A stretch of DNA of 46,194 bases from a bacterium (GTDB lineage Bacteria; JAMCPX01): the NCBI GenBank assembly GCA_049966275.1, contig JBMFUY010000002.1, positions 1 to 46,194 on the forward strand, given 5' to 3'. Numbering within the stretch: position 1 is the stretch's first letter; every line of letters begins with the position of its first letter. Of the stretch, positions 11,667 to 22,189 are shown one piece after another. A model generated the notes under the pieces. It was not told the origin of the DNA and searched no databases. It was given only the letters and a program-made list of their open reading frames with translations. A program made the position numbers and the translations under genes.

Positions 11667-12818
11667 ATGGAGAAAAAGGCTTTACTTTTATCAGGAAATG
11701 AATCTTGTGTAGAAGGTGCTTTATACGCTGGTGTTCAATTCTACGCTGGCTATCCAATAACACCTTCGTCAGAGATAGCAGAAGGACTTGCAAGAAAACT
11801 ACCCAAATATGGTGGAGTGATGATCCAGATGGAAGATGAAATAGCTTCTATGGCAGCCATCATTGGCGCATCACTTACAGGCAAGAAATCCATGACAGCA
11901 ACGAGTGGCCCTGGTTTTTCATTAAAACAGGAAAATCTTGGTTTTGCCTCTTTTAATGAGATACCCTGTGTTATCGTAAATGTTATGAGAGGTGGTCCAA
12001 GTACAGGTGCTCCAACAGGTCCTTCACAGGGGGATGTAATGCAGGCAAGATGGGGAACGCATGGAGATCATCCGATAGTGGCACTTGCACCAAACTCGAT
12101 ACCAGAAACTTTTACAGAGACAGTAAGGGCTTTTAATATATCAGAGAAGTACAGAATACCGGTTGTCCTTTTACTGGATGAGATCATCGGGCACATGAGA
12201 GAAAGAATTATCATGCCAGAGAAGGGAGAGATAGAGATTATAGATAGACTCAAACCAACAGTTCCACCGGATCAGTACAAACCATTTGATGTAACCAATT
12301 CCCCGCTACCTCTTGTACCTCCAATGGCAGCTTATGGGAGTGGATACAGGTTCCATGTTACAGGATTAAACCACAGGGTTGATGGCTTTCCTACAAACAA
12401 TGGAGAGCTTATAGAAAAAGAACTTCGCAGGATCATGGATAAGTTAGAGCGTTACAAAAAGGATATGTTTAAGACAGAACAGTATATGCTTGATGATGCA
12501 GAGGTAGGTATTGTTGCTTATGGTTCTTCATCAAGGGCAGCAAAGTATGCTGTGAATGAATTGCGTAAAGAGGGAATAAAAGCAGGTATGCTCAGATACA
12601 TTACAATATGGCCATTTGATGAAGAGGCGATAGAAAAGCTTGCACAAAAGGTTAAATTCATTGTTGTTCCAGAGCTTAATCTTGGTCAACTTATTTTAGA
12701 GGTAGAACGTGCTGCGAAGGGAAAAACAAAAATATATGGTGTCAATAGAGTAAATATTGAGATCATTCATCCTCACGAAATAATAGAAAAGGTAAAGGAG
12801 CTTTTACATGGGATTTGA
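11667..12818 (+). CDS. korA: 2-oxoacid (probably 2-oxoglutarate):ferredoxin oxidoreductase alpha subunit
   Basis: 383 aa with the family N-terminus GNESCVEGALYAGVQFYAGYPITPSSEI. 2-oxoglutarate specificity is inferred only from its position after sucCD in a TCA cluster. Confidence 0.85.
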   Translation: MEKKALLLSGNESCVEGALYAGVQFYAGYPITPSSEIAEGLARKLPKYGGVMIQMEDEIASMAAIIGASLTGKKSMTATSGPGFSLKQENLGFASFNEIPCVIVNVMRGGPSTGAPTGPSQGDVMQARWGTHGDHPIVALAPNSIPETFTETVRAFNISEKYRIPVVLLLDEIIGHMRERIIMPEKGEIEIIDRLKPTVPPDQYKPFDVTNSPLPLVPPMAAYGSGYRFHVTGLNHRVDGFPTNNGELIEKELRRIMDKLERYKKDMFKTEQYMLDDAEVGIVAYGSSSRAAKYAVNELRKEGIKAGMLRYITIWPFDEEAIEKLAQKVKFIVVPELNLGQLILEVERAAKGKTKIYGVNRVNIEIIHPHEIIEKVKELLHGI

Positions 12819-13626
12819 ATATGAAAAATATATAAGAAAGGGCACACTTCCACATATCTGGTGTCCGGGTTGTGGTCACGGGATTGTTATGAAATCCCTC
12901 TTAAGGGCTATTGATGGGTTAAAGCTTGATAAAAATGATATAGCTGTGGTTTCAGGTATAGGTTGTGCTTCCAGATTGCCTGGTTATCTTGATATGAATA
13001 CACTCCATACAACGCATGGAAGGGCATTAGCCTTTGCAACGGGCATCAAGCTTGCAAACCCAAAGTTAAAGGTTATAGTTGTGAGTGGTGATGGTGATGC
13101 AGCTGCAATTGGAGGTAATCATTTTATACATGCAGCAAGAAGGAATATAGAGATCACATTGCTTGTGTTTAACAACTCCATATATGGTATGACAGGTGGA
13201 CAGGTTGCTCCAACAACCCCTCTGGGGGCTTTTGCAACGACAATGCCATACGGTAACATAGATCCACCGTTTGACATTGCAAAGCTTGCTGAAGGTGCAG
13301 GTGCTACATTTGTTGCAAGAACAACCTCATATCACACAGCTCAGACAGAGCAACTTATCAAACAGGCTATCATGCATAAAGGTTTTTCAGTGATTGATAT
13401 TATAGATGCATGTCCTGTTCAGTTTGGTAGGAGAAACAAACCAAAAGAGGCACCGGATATGATGCAGGTACAAAAGGATAATGCCATACCAATACAATTA
13501 GCTCAGAAGAAGAAACCAGAAGAGCTTGTAGGTAAGATAATAACTGGTGTGTTTGTAAAGAAGGATCTACCAGGTTATGTAGAGACATACTACAATACAA
13601 TAATACCAAAAGCTCAATCAAAATAA
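12808..13626 (+). CDS. korB: 2-oxoacid:ferredoxin oxidoreductase beta (TPP-binding) subunit
   Basis: 272 aa. Motifs are CPGCGH and the TPP motif SGDGDAAAIGGNH. It overlaps korA by 11 nt. Confidence 0.88.
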   Translation: MGFEYEKYIRKGTLPHIWCPGCGHGIVMKSLLRAIDGLKLDKNDIAVVSGIGCASRLPGYLDMNTLHTTHGRALAFATGIKLANPKLKVIVVSGDGDAAAIGGNHFIHAARRNIEITLLVFNNSIYGMTGGQVAPTTPLGAFATTMPYGNIDPPFDIAKLAEGAGATFVARTTSYHTAQTEQLIKQAIMHKGFSVIDIIDACPVQFGRRNKPKEAPDMMQVQKDNAIPIQLAQKKKPEELVGKIITGVFVKKDLPGYVETYYNTIIPKAQSK

Positions 13627-13646
13627 ATAGAAAACAGGAGTAATCA

Positions 13647-14198
13647 ATGAGCAAAAATACAGAAATTAGATTAAGTGGTGAAGGTGGTCAGGGACTTATA
13701 CTTGCAGGTGTGATATTAGCCTCTGCAGCCCTGTTAGAAGGAAAGAATGCAGCCCAATCTCAATACTATGGTCCTGAATCAAGAGGTGGTATCAGCAAAT
13801 CAGAGGTTGTTATCAGTGATGGGGAGATCATATATCCAGAGGTGGCGGATCCAGATCTGGTTCTGGTTCTCTCACAGGTTGCATGTGCACCTTACACAAA
13901 GGATATAAGGAGAGACGACACACTTGTTATCTTTGATTCTGACACTGTAAAACAGATCCCGGATCTAAAACATGGTAAGATATACAAACTCCCATTTACA
14001 ATGACAGCCCATGATAAACTTGGTAAACCATTCATAGCCAATATAATAGCATTGGGAACCATTGTTGAATTAACAAACGTGGTTAGTAGAGAATCTATAG
14101 AAAAGGCTGTACTTGCGAGGGTTCCTAAGGGCACAGAAGAATTAAATAAGGCGGCTTTGTTGGAAGGCTTTGAGCTTGCCAAAACTATAAAGAAATAG
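13647..14198 (+). CDS. korC: 2-oxoacid:ferredoxin oxidoreductase gamma subunit
   Basis: 183 aa with the gamma-subunit N-terminal motif GEGGQG. It is the last gene of the four-subunit set. Confidence 0.85.
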   Translation: MSKNTEIRLSGEGGQGLILAGVILASAALLEGKNAAQSQYYGPESRGGISKSEVVISDGEIIYPEVADPDLVLVLSQVACAPYTKDIRRDDTLVIFDSDTVKQIPDLKHGKIYKLPFTMTAHDKLGKPFIANIIALGTIVELTNVVSRESIEKAVLARVPKGTEELNKAALLEGFELAKTIKK

Positions 14199-14210
14199 AA
14201 AGGATAAACT

Positions 14211-15344
14211 ATGAAAAAATATTTGTTAACACCGGGTCCAACAGAATTACCACCAAGGGTTTTGCTTGCAATGGCACATCCCATTATTCATCATAGAGCA
14301 CCTGAATTTTTGCCAGTGCTTGAGCAGGCAAGAGAAGGATTAAAATGGCTTTTTAAAACAAAGAATGAAGTGCTTATACTTGCCTCATCCGGTACAGGTG
14401 CTATGGAGGCAGCTGTTACGAACTTTCTTTCAAAGGGTGATAAAGCCATTACAGTAAATGGTGGCAAATTTGGTGAGCGATGGGGACAAATATGTAATGC
14501 TTATGGGGTAGAGGCAAATGTTATAAATGTGGAATGGGGGCAGGCTGTTGAGCCTGAGAGGATCAAAGAAGAGCTTAAAAAACACCCTGATACAAAAGCG
14601 GTTTATTTTCAGGCAACAGAAACATCAACCGGTGTTGTTCACCCTGTGAAAGAGATTACAAAGATTGTTCGTGAGAACAGCAATGCAATCGTTGTTGTGG
14701 ATGGTATAACAGGTGTGGGTGTGTTTGATTTGCCAATGGATGAATGGGGTATTGATATACTTATAACCGGGTCCCAGAAAGCCCTTATGTTACCACCAGG
14801 ACTTGCGTTTATAGGAGTGAGTGATAGGGCATGGAAGCTTAATGAAACATCAAATCTGCCCAAATATTATTTCAATCTCAGCAAGGAGCTGAAGAACATT
14901 GTGAAAAATCAAACAGCATACACACCGGCTATCTCTCTTATTATAGGGCTTGGGGAGTCTCTAAAGATGATGAAAGAAGAAGGGCTTGATAATGTGTATA
15001 AACGCCATGCCATGCTTGCAGAAGCTACAAGAAAGGGTGTACAGGCAATGGGATTAAAACTCTATGCTCCTGTATCTCCTTCAAACTCTTTAACTGCAGT
15101 ACGAGCACCAGAGGGTATGGATTCTGGTAAGATCATAAGTGCACTTGAAAAGGATTTTGGTATAAGTGTTGCAAATGGTCAGGATCAGGCAAAGGGTAAG
15201 ATCTTCAGGATCGCTCATATGGGGTATTATGACAGGGCTGATATATTGTTTGTCCTTTCTGCATTAGAAATTGTGTTGAATAGGCTTGGATATAAGGTAG
15301 AACCAGGCATTGGTGTTGGAGCTGCAGAAAAGGTGTTTATCTAA
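14211..15344 (+). CDS. Class V aminotransferase (serine-glyoxylate / phosphoserine aminotransferase-like)
   Basis: 377 aa. The N-terminus LLTPGPTELPPRV and the PLP-Lys region ITGSQKALMLPPG are present. Its position directly upstream of serA suggests a role in serine biosynthesis (inference). Confidence 0.85.
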   Translation: MKKYLLTPGPTELPPRVLLAMAHPIIHHRAPEFLPVLEQAREGLKWLFKTKNEVLILASSGTGAMEAAVTNFLSKGDKAITVNGGKFGERWGQICNAYGVEANVINVEWGQAVEPERIKEELKKHPDTKAVYFQATETSTGVVHPVKEITKIVRENSNAIVVVDGITGVGVFDLPMDEWGIDILITGSQKALMLPPGLAFIGVSDRAWKLNETSNLPKYYFNLSKELKNIVKNQTAYTPAISLIIGLGESLKMMKEEGLDNVYKRHAMLAEATRKGVQAMGLKLYAPVSPSNSLTAVRAPEGMDSGKIISALEKDFGISVANGQDQAKGKIFRIAHMGYYDRADILFVLSALEIVLNRLGYKVEPGIGVGAAEKVFI

Positions 15345-15363
15345 TAAATAGCAGGAGGTATTA

Positions 15364-16947
15364 ATGCCAAGGGTACTCATAGCAGATGGAATTGCTGATG
15401 AAGGTTTAAAGATACTTACGTCTTCCAATATCCAGGTTGATGTCAGAAAAAAAACATCGCCAGAAGAGCTTGCCTCGCTTATTCCAGAATATGATGGTTT
15501 GATTGTAAGGAGTGCGAGTAAGGTTACAAAGGATATAATAGAAAAGGCAAAGAATCTAAAGATCATAGGAAGAGCAGGTATTGGTGTTGACAATGTGGAT
15601 GTTTCTGCTGCAACCAAACGCGGCATTGTTGTGATGAATACACCAGGGGGTAACAGTATAACAACAGCAGAACATACGCTTGCAATGATAATGGCTATGG
15701 CAAGACGTATACCCCAGGCAACTGCGTCTTTGAAAGCAGACAAATGGGAAAAAAGTAAGTTCGAAGGGGTGGAACTGTACAACAAGGTCCTTGGTATTAT
15801 AGGGTTTGGCAATATAGGAAGTATACTTGCAGACAGAGCATTAGGATTGAAGATGCAGGTGCTTGTTTATGATCCATTTATATCAGAGGAAAAGGCAATA
15901 AACCTTGGGGTAAAAAAGGTAAATACACTGGATGAGATCTATGCAAATGCAGATATTATTACCGTGCATACACCCAAGACCAAAGAAACAACAGGTTTGA
16001 TAAACAAAGCAGCGTTTGAAAAGATGAAAAAGGGTGTAATGGTGGTTAACTGTGCAAGGGGTGGTATTATAAATGAAGCTGATCTGCTTGAGGCTTTGCA
16101 ATCCGGTAAAGTTGCCTCAGCAGCTCTGGATGTTTTTGAGGTTGAACCACCAGTAGGTAATCCATTGTTAAAGCTGGATAATGTAATAGCAACGCCACAC
16201 CTTGGAGCCTCTACCCATGAGGCTCAGGTGAATGTTTCTGTGGATATAGCAAAACAGTTTGTGGATTACTTTACAAGGGGTGCAATAAAGAATGCGGTTA
16301 ACTTCCCGACCATAACCAGTGAGATGTATGCATACCTTGAACCGTATATCAAGCTTGCGGAAAAACTTGGTAAGTTCATGGGACAACTCCATAGGGATCA
16401 TATAGAGGAAATAAATATAGAGTACGGCGGTGATATAATTGATCTTAACACACAACCACTTACACTTGCATGTGTGAAGGGGGTTTTGCAGCACATATAT
16501 GGAGACGATGTTAACTATATAAATGCAAGCATTGTGGCTAAAGAAAACGGGATTAATATAATAGAGTCAAAAACAGCCCAGCCTATTGATTTTACAAACC
16601 TTATCACAGTTAAAGTAAAGTCAAAGGATGGTTTGAATAAGGTTTCAGGTGCTGTCTTTGGTAAGAAGCATATGAGACTTACCATGATAGACAACTTTTA
16701 CATAGAGGCTATACCAGAAGGGCACATATTGGTGTTGAGGAATATAGACAAACCAGGTGTTATAGGAAGATTAGGAACATATCTTGGTTCACACAATATA
16801 AACATTGCAAGGATGGAGCTTGGCAGAGAAGCAGTTGGAAGTGAAGCTATAGCATTGTTGAATATAGATGACGAACCTTCAAATGAGGTGATGGATGGGC
16901 TCAGAAAGCTTGAGAATATTATCTCTGCTGAAAAGGTTAACCTTTAA
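15364..16947 (+). CDS. serA: D-3-phosphoglycerate dehydrogenase (long form with C-terminal ACT domain)
   Basis: 527 aa. It has the 2-hydroxyacid dehydrogenase NAD motif GIIGFGNIGS and the catalytic region NVIATPHLGAST. The C-terminal regulatory region is about 200 aa. Confidence 0.93.
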   Translation: MPRVLIADGIADEGLKILTSSNIQVDVRKKTSPEELASLIPEYDGLIVRSASKVTKDIIEKAKNLKIIGRAGIGVDNVDVSAATKRGIVVMNTPGGNSITTAEHTLAMIMAMARRIPQATASLKADKWEKSKFEGVELYNKVLGIIGFGNIGSILADRALGLKMQVLVYDPFISEEKAINLGVKKVNTLDEIYANADIITVHTPKTKETTGLINKAAFEKMKKGVMVVNCARGGIINEADLLEALQSGKVASAALDVFEVEPPVGNPLLKLDNVIATPHLGASTHEAQVNVSVDIAKQFVDYFTRGAIKNAVNFPTITSEMYAYLEPYIKLAEKLGKFMGQLHRDHIEEINIEYGGDIIDLNTQPLTLACVKGVLQHIYGDDVNYINASIVAKENGINIIESKTAQPIDFTNLITVKVKSKDGLNKVSGAVFGKKHMRLTMIDNFYIEAIPEGHILVLRNIDKPGVIGRLGTYLGSHNINIARMELGREAVGSEAIALLNIDDEPSNEVMDGLRKLENIISAEKVNL

Positions 16948-19256
<2,309 letters not shown>

Positions 19257-19271
19257 TCAAAAATAAGGGCT

Positions 19272-20267
19272 ATGTCAGAGTTAAGATTTAACTTTATTAC
19301 AGGTGACTGGGTTATTATTGCACCAGAGAGGGCGAAGAGGCCAGAGGATTTTAAAATAACAAAGAAGAAAGAAGAACTGCCGGTTTATGTTGAAACCTGT
19401 CCCCTGTGCCCCGGAAATGAGGCACAAACGCCACCAGAAACATTTAGAATAAACAATAAAAATGGTGAGTGGCAGGTCAGGGTTGTTCCAAACAAGTTTG
19501 CAGCGGTTACACCAGAATCCAATATCACCAGGGAGAGCACAAAGGTGAAGAAATTCATGACCGGTGCAGGCTTACATGAGGTAATAATAGATACACCAAT
19601 TCACAGTGCCTCAATAGCAACATTATCAGTTTCAGATGTTGAAAGTATTTTATTTGCATACAAGGTAAGGTTTTTAGATTTTTATAAGATTAGCTATATA
19701 GAGCATGTTATAATCTTTAAAAATCACGGATTAAGGGCAGGAACCTCTTTACAACATCCTCACTCGCAGATAGTTGGTACACCTGTAATACCAGGGCGCC
19801 TCAGGAACAGAATAGAGGAGGCACTACGATACTATGATGATTTTGGAGAATGCCTTTATTGTCTTATCCTTAAAGAAGAACTGAACGATGGGGTCAGGAT
19901 AATATCTCAGAACGAGTCTTTTGTAGCCTTCATACCATACTCAGCTCTATCACCATTTCATATATGGATCTTTCCCAAAAGACACAGGGGATGTTTTGGT
20001 AGCATAACTGATTCAGAGCTTCATGATTTAGCCAGTATACTGAAAGAGGTGTTACAGAGATTGTACATAGGGCTTGGTGATCCAGACTTCAATTATGTAA
20101 TACATTCACTCTCACCTTTAGAATGTGATGTTAAATACTTCCACTGGTACTTATCCATTGTTACAAGGGTGACAAGAACAGCTGGTTTTGAGATTGGTAC
20201 TGGTATGTATATTAATCCTTCTTTGCCTGATGCCAGTGTAAAGTTTCTAAAAGAAGTAAAACTCTGA
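19272..20267 (+). CDS. GalT-family HIT nucleotidyltransferase (galactose-1-P uridylyltransferase / ADP-glucose phosphorylase-like)
   Basis: 331 aa. It has a zinc motif CPLCPGNE and the active-site motif HPHSQI (H-x-H-x-Q), with two half-barrel HIT repeats. The substrate cannot be assigned from sequence alone. Confidence 0.8.
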   Translation: MSELRFNFITGDWVIIAPERAKRPEDFKITKKKEELPVYVETCPLCPGNEAQTPPETFRINNKNGEWQVRVVPNKFAAVTPESNITRESTKVKKFMTGAGLHEVIIDTPIHSASIATLSVSDVESILFAYKVRFLDFYKISYIEHVIIFKNHGLRAGTSLQHPHSQIVGTPVIPGRLRNRIEEALRYYDDFGECLYCLILKEELNDGVRIISQNESFVAFIPYSALSPFHIWIFPKRHRGCFGSITDSELHDLASILKEVLQRLYIGLGDPDFNYVIHSLSPLECDVKYFHWYLSIVTRVTRTAGFEIGTGMYINPSLPDASVKFLKEVKL

Positions 20268-20314
20268 TATTCGGGGTTCCCAATCGTATAAGAAGTTTTG
20301 AGTGTGCCCCTCGG

Positions 20315-20430
20315 TTACCCCAAAAAATGCAATAATGTGGTAGGGTCTTAAAATTTTAAGCCCCTACGGGTTCGTTCGGAGTACCCCATCACTCATTACA
20401 CAAACTTCCCTATTGCATTTTTCGGGTTAA
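20315..20430 (+). repeat. Mosaic intergenic repeat, copy B (complete, MITE-like with terminal inverted repeats)
   Basis: The left end TTACCCCAAAAAATGCAATAA (20315-20335) is the near reverse complement of the right end CTATTGCATTTTTCGGGTTAA (20410-20430). An internal 28-nt palindrome GTAGGGTCTTAAAATTTTAAGCCCCTAC at 20340-20367 has one mismatch. There is no ORF. The element starts 48 nt after the galT-like stop. Confidence 0.8.
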
Positions 20431-21187
20431 GGGTATTGTCTGTTATTTTCCAATCCCCCTCTTAGATTAAGCTTAACGTGTTCCATAACTTTTACTGGAC
20501 AAATAATATAAAGAGAGACAGGGGATCTGTTTCTCCGTCCCGCTCTTAAACTTCTGTGTTATCCCTCTTACATAAGAGGGACGGGGTACCCAAGCGGGGC
20601 ATGGGTCGGAGTTACTTTTTACATTCGCTATTCGTTTAAACAAACTCATAACTCCTTCTTTTCCTCTTATCTTAAGAGGAATGACACCGAAGTTCGAGCT
20701 TCTACAATCCCTTTCTTTTCTTACGAGGGGAAACATTTCAATCATCCCTTCACTATTGATTCATTCAGTAAACCCCGGCAGAAGTTACCTTGTTCATTGG
20801 TAACCTTTTATAAAGGCCAATAGTGGCAAACGGTGTAAAACTTCTAACGGGGGGAAAGGTGCATAACAAGACGTAGTGCGGTTTCACACCAATTTATTAC
20901 TTGTAACATATTGATAAATCAACCTATTTAATTTCGACTGTAAAAAGTGGGAAACTCAGGAGGCAATCTCTTTCTACTGATAGATTGCTTCGTCGTTTTC
21001 AACCCCTCAATGACAACTCAAAGCTAATGAAAAATTTCCTCACTGTACTTTTCAGTCAAAATTTGTGCTTACACTTAATTCCTGAACTTTTGCATAAAAT
21101 GTAGAAGCACAGATGCACTTATTACTAAAAAAGCAAAAGGTTTACAACCTGTATAAAAACGTGGTAATATACCCTGAAGGTAAGATA
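20431..21187. other. ORF-free, hairpin-dense intergenic block (candidate structured RNA and/or decayed repeat copies)
   Basis: About 750 nt with no plausible CDS on either strand. Local hairpins lie at 20563-20580, 20661-20681 and 20689-20702. Nested long-range helices lie at 20773-20852 and 20936-21057. Fragments resembling the repeat family (CTCCGTCC..GGGGTACCC) occur at 20533-20611. Confidence 0.35.
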
Positions 21188-21703
21188 ATGAAACTTTCAT
21201 ACAATGGAAAAATGCCAGAGATCCATGAGAGTGTATACATAGCACCCAATGCAGTCGTAGTTGGTGATGTTGTTATTGGGAAGGATAGCTCTGTCTGGTT
21301 CAATGCAGTTATAAGGGGCGATGAAAACTATATAAGAATAGGTGCAAGAACAAACATTCAGGACTCAAGCGTTTTACATATTACACACAGAACCCACCCA
21401 TTGTTTATCGGAGATGATGTTACCATAGGACATGGTGCCATAGTTCATGGATGCAGGATAAAAAGTATGTGCCTGATAGGCATAGGTGCTATTATACTTG
21501 ATGGTGCTGTTGTGGGTGAACAATCCATTGTGGCTGCTGGCAGTCTTGTTAAAGAGGGTATGATTGTGCCACCACGTACACTCGTTGCAGGGGTTCCAGC
21601 TGTTGTGAAAAGAGAACTGACACAGGAGGATATTGACCATATACTATCACTTGCCAACAATTATGTAGAATTTTCAAAGATCTATCAAAAACAGCATCCA
21701 TGA
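21188..21703 (+). CDS. Gamma-class carbonic anhydrase-like / hexapeptide-repeat (LbH) protein
   Basis: The start is moved from 21113 to ATG 21188, preceded by a GAAGG SD. The 171-aa product has the left-handed beta-helix hexapeptide pattern and the conserved stretch NAVIRGD...IRIG.RTNIQD.SVLH. Confidence 0.85.
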   Translation: MKLSYNGKMPEIHESVYIAPNAVVVGDVVIGKDSSVWFNAVIRGDENYIRIGARTNIQDSSVLHITHRTHPLFIGDDVTIGHGAIVHGCRIKSMCLIGIGAIILDGAVVGEQSIVAAGSLVKEGMIVPPRTLVAGVPAVVKRELTQEDIDHILSLANNYVEFSKIYQKQHP

Positions 21704-21742
21704 TAACTTGATAATTTAAAATACTGGAGTAATTATAAATGT

Positions 21743-22189
21743 ATGAACATTGTAAAGGTTTTAAAGGAAAACACCCTTTTTAAAGGGATGGATGAAAAGG
21801 TTGTTAATGTACTGGCAAGTATTGCAGAGACAGTTAGTGTGCCTCCTGAAACCGTTATATTCGCAGAAGGTATGCCTGCTAATGCAATGTTTATAATAAT
21901 CTCAGGCAGGGTGGAGATTCTAAAAGATACCAGGGATAAAAAGGAGTCTGTAATAGGAGAGCTTTCAGGTGGTGATGTGCTTGGCTTATTATCGCTGTTT
22001 CTGGGCGGTGAAAGGCAGGTTACAGTAAGGGCAAAAGAGGATGTAGAGCTTTTGACCATATCAAAGGAAGGGTTTGATAGATTGGTAAAGAATAATATTC
22101 ATGCAGCATACTATGTACTTTCCAATGCCATGCAATATGTTGTAAATATTTTAAACAGCCCGGAAGGGTTAAAGGGGATGATACAATGA
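21743..22189 (+). CDS. Stand-alone cyclic-nucleotide-binding (CAP effector-like) domain protein
   Basis: 148 aa with the cNMP-binding fold pattern (LFKGMDEKVV...FAEGMPANAMFIIISGRVEI...GELSGGDVLG). There is no DNA-binding or other output domain. The phosphate-binding cassette looks divergent. Confidence 0.7.
   Translation: MNIVKVLKENTLFKGMDEKVVNVLASIAETVSVPPETVIFAEGMPANAMFIIISGRVEILKDTRDKKESVIGELSGGDVLGLLSLFLGGERQVTVRAKEDVELLTISKEGFDRLVKNNIHAAYYVLSNAMQYVVNILNSPEGLKGMIQ

Noticed and set aside
15264-15812. Long antisense ORFs, for example 15264-15812, 25108-26046, 37363-37932, 40465-41457 and 33957-34193 on the minus strand.
   Set aside because: All lie fully within strongly supported + strand genes. 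Their Ser/Ile/Leu/Pro/Thr-rich low-complexity translations are typical of shadow frames. None has an SD or a recognisable domain.
20340-20367. The 28-nt palindromic unit looked like a possible CRISPR repeat.
   Set aside because: Only single copies occur at each locus. They are embedded in a larger conserved element, with no repeat-spacer periodicity and no cas genes.
20410-20430. The repeat right end CGGGTTAA(G/T) looked like a possible integron attC core site (GTTRRRY).
   Set aside because: The sequences GTTAAGG and GTTAATG do not fit GTTRRRY. There is no inverse core at the right distance, no intI, and no cassette-like ORFs.
20473-20745. 90-aa minus-strand ORF in the large intergenic gap.
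   Set aside because: It has no SD and a Cys/Arg/Ser/Pro-rich composition unlike the other proteins here. It runs straight through the perfect hairpins at 20563-20580 and 20661-20681. It looks like a chance ORF.
20848-20892. GGGGGGAAAGGUGCAUAACAAGACG resembles the RNase P GGGUGAAAGGGUGCGGUAAGAGCG region.
   Set aside because: The universally conserved P4 strands (GAGGAAAGUCCGGGC and ACAGAACCCGGCUUA-like) are absent on both strands of the gap.
20945-20995. GAAAC and CUGAUAG near each other suggested a hammerhead ribozyme core.
   Set aside because: The box reads CUGAUAG rather than CUGAUGA, so the essential G8 is replaced. The flanks also cannot form the required stem II.
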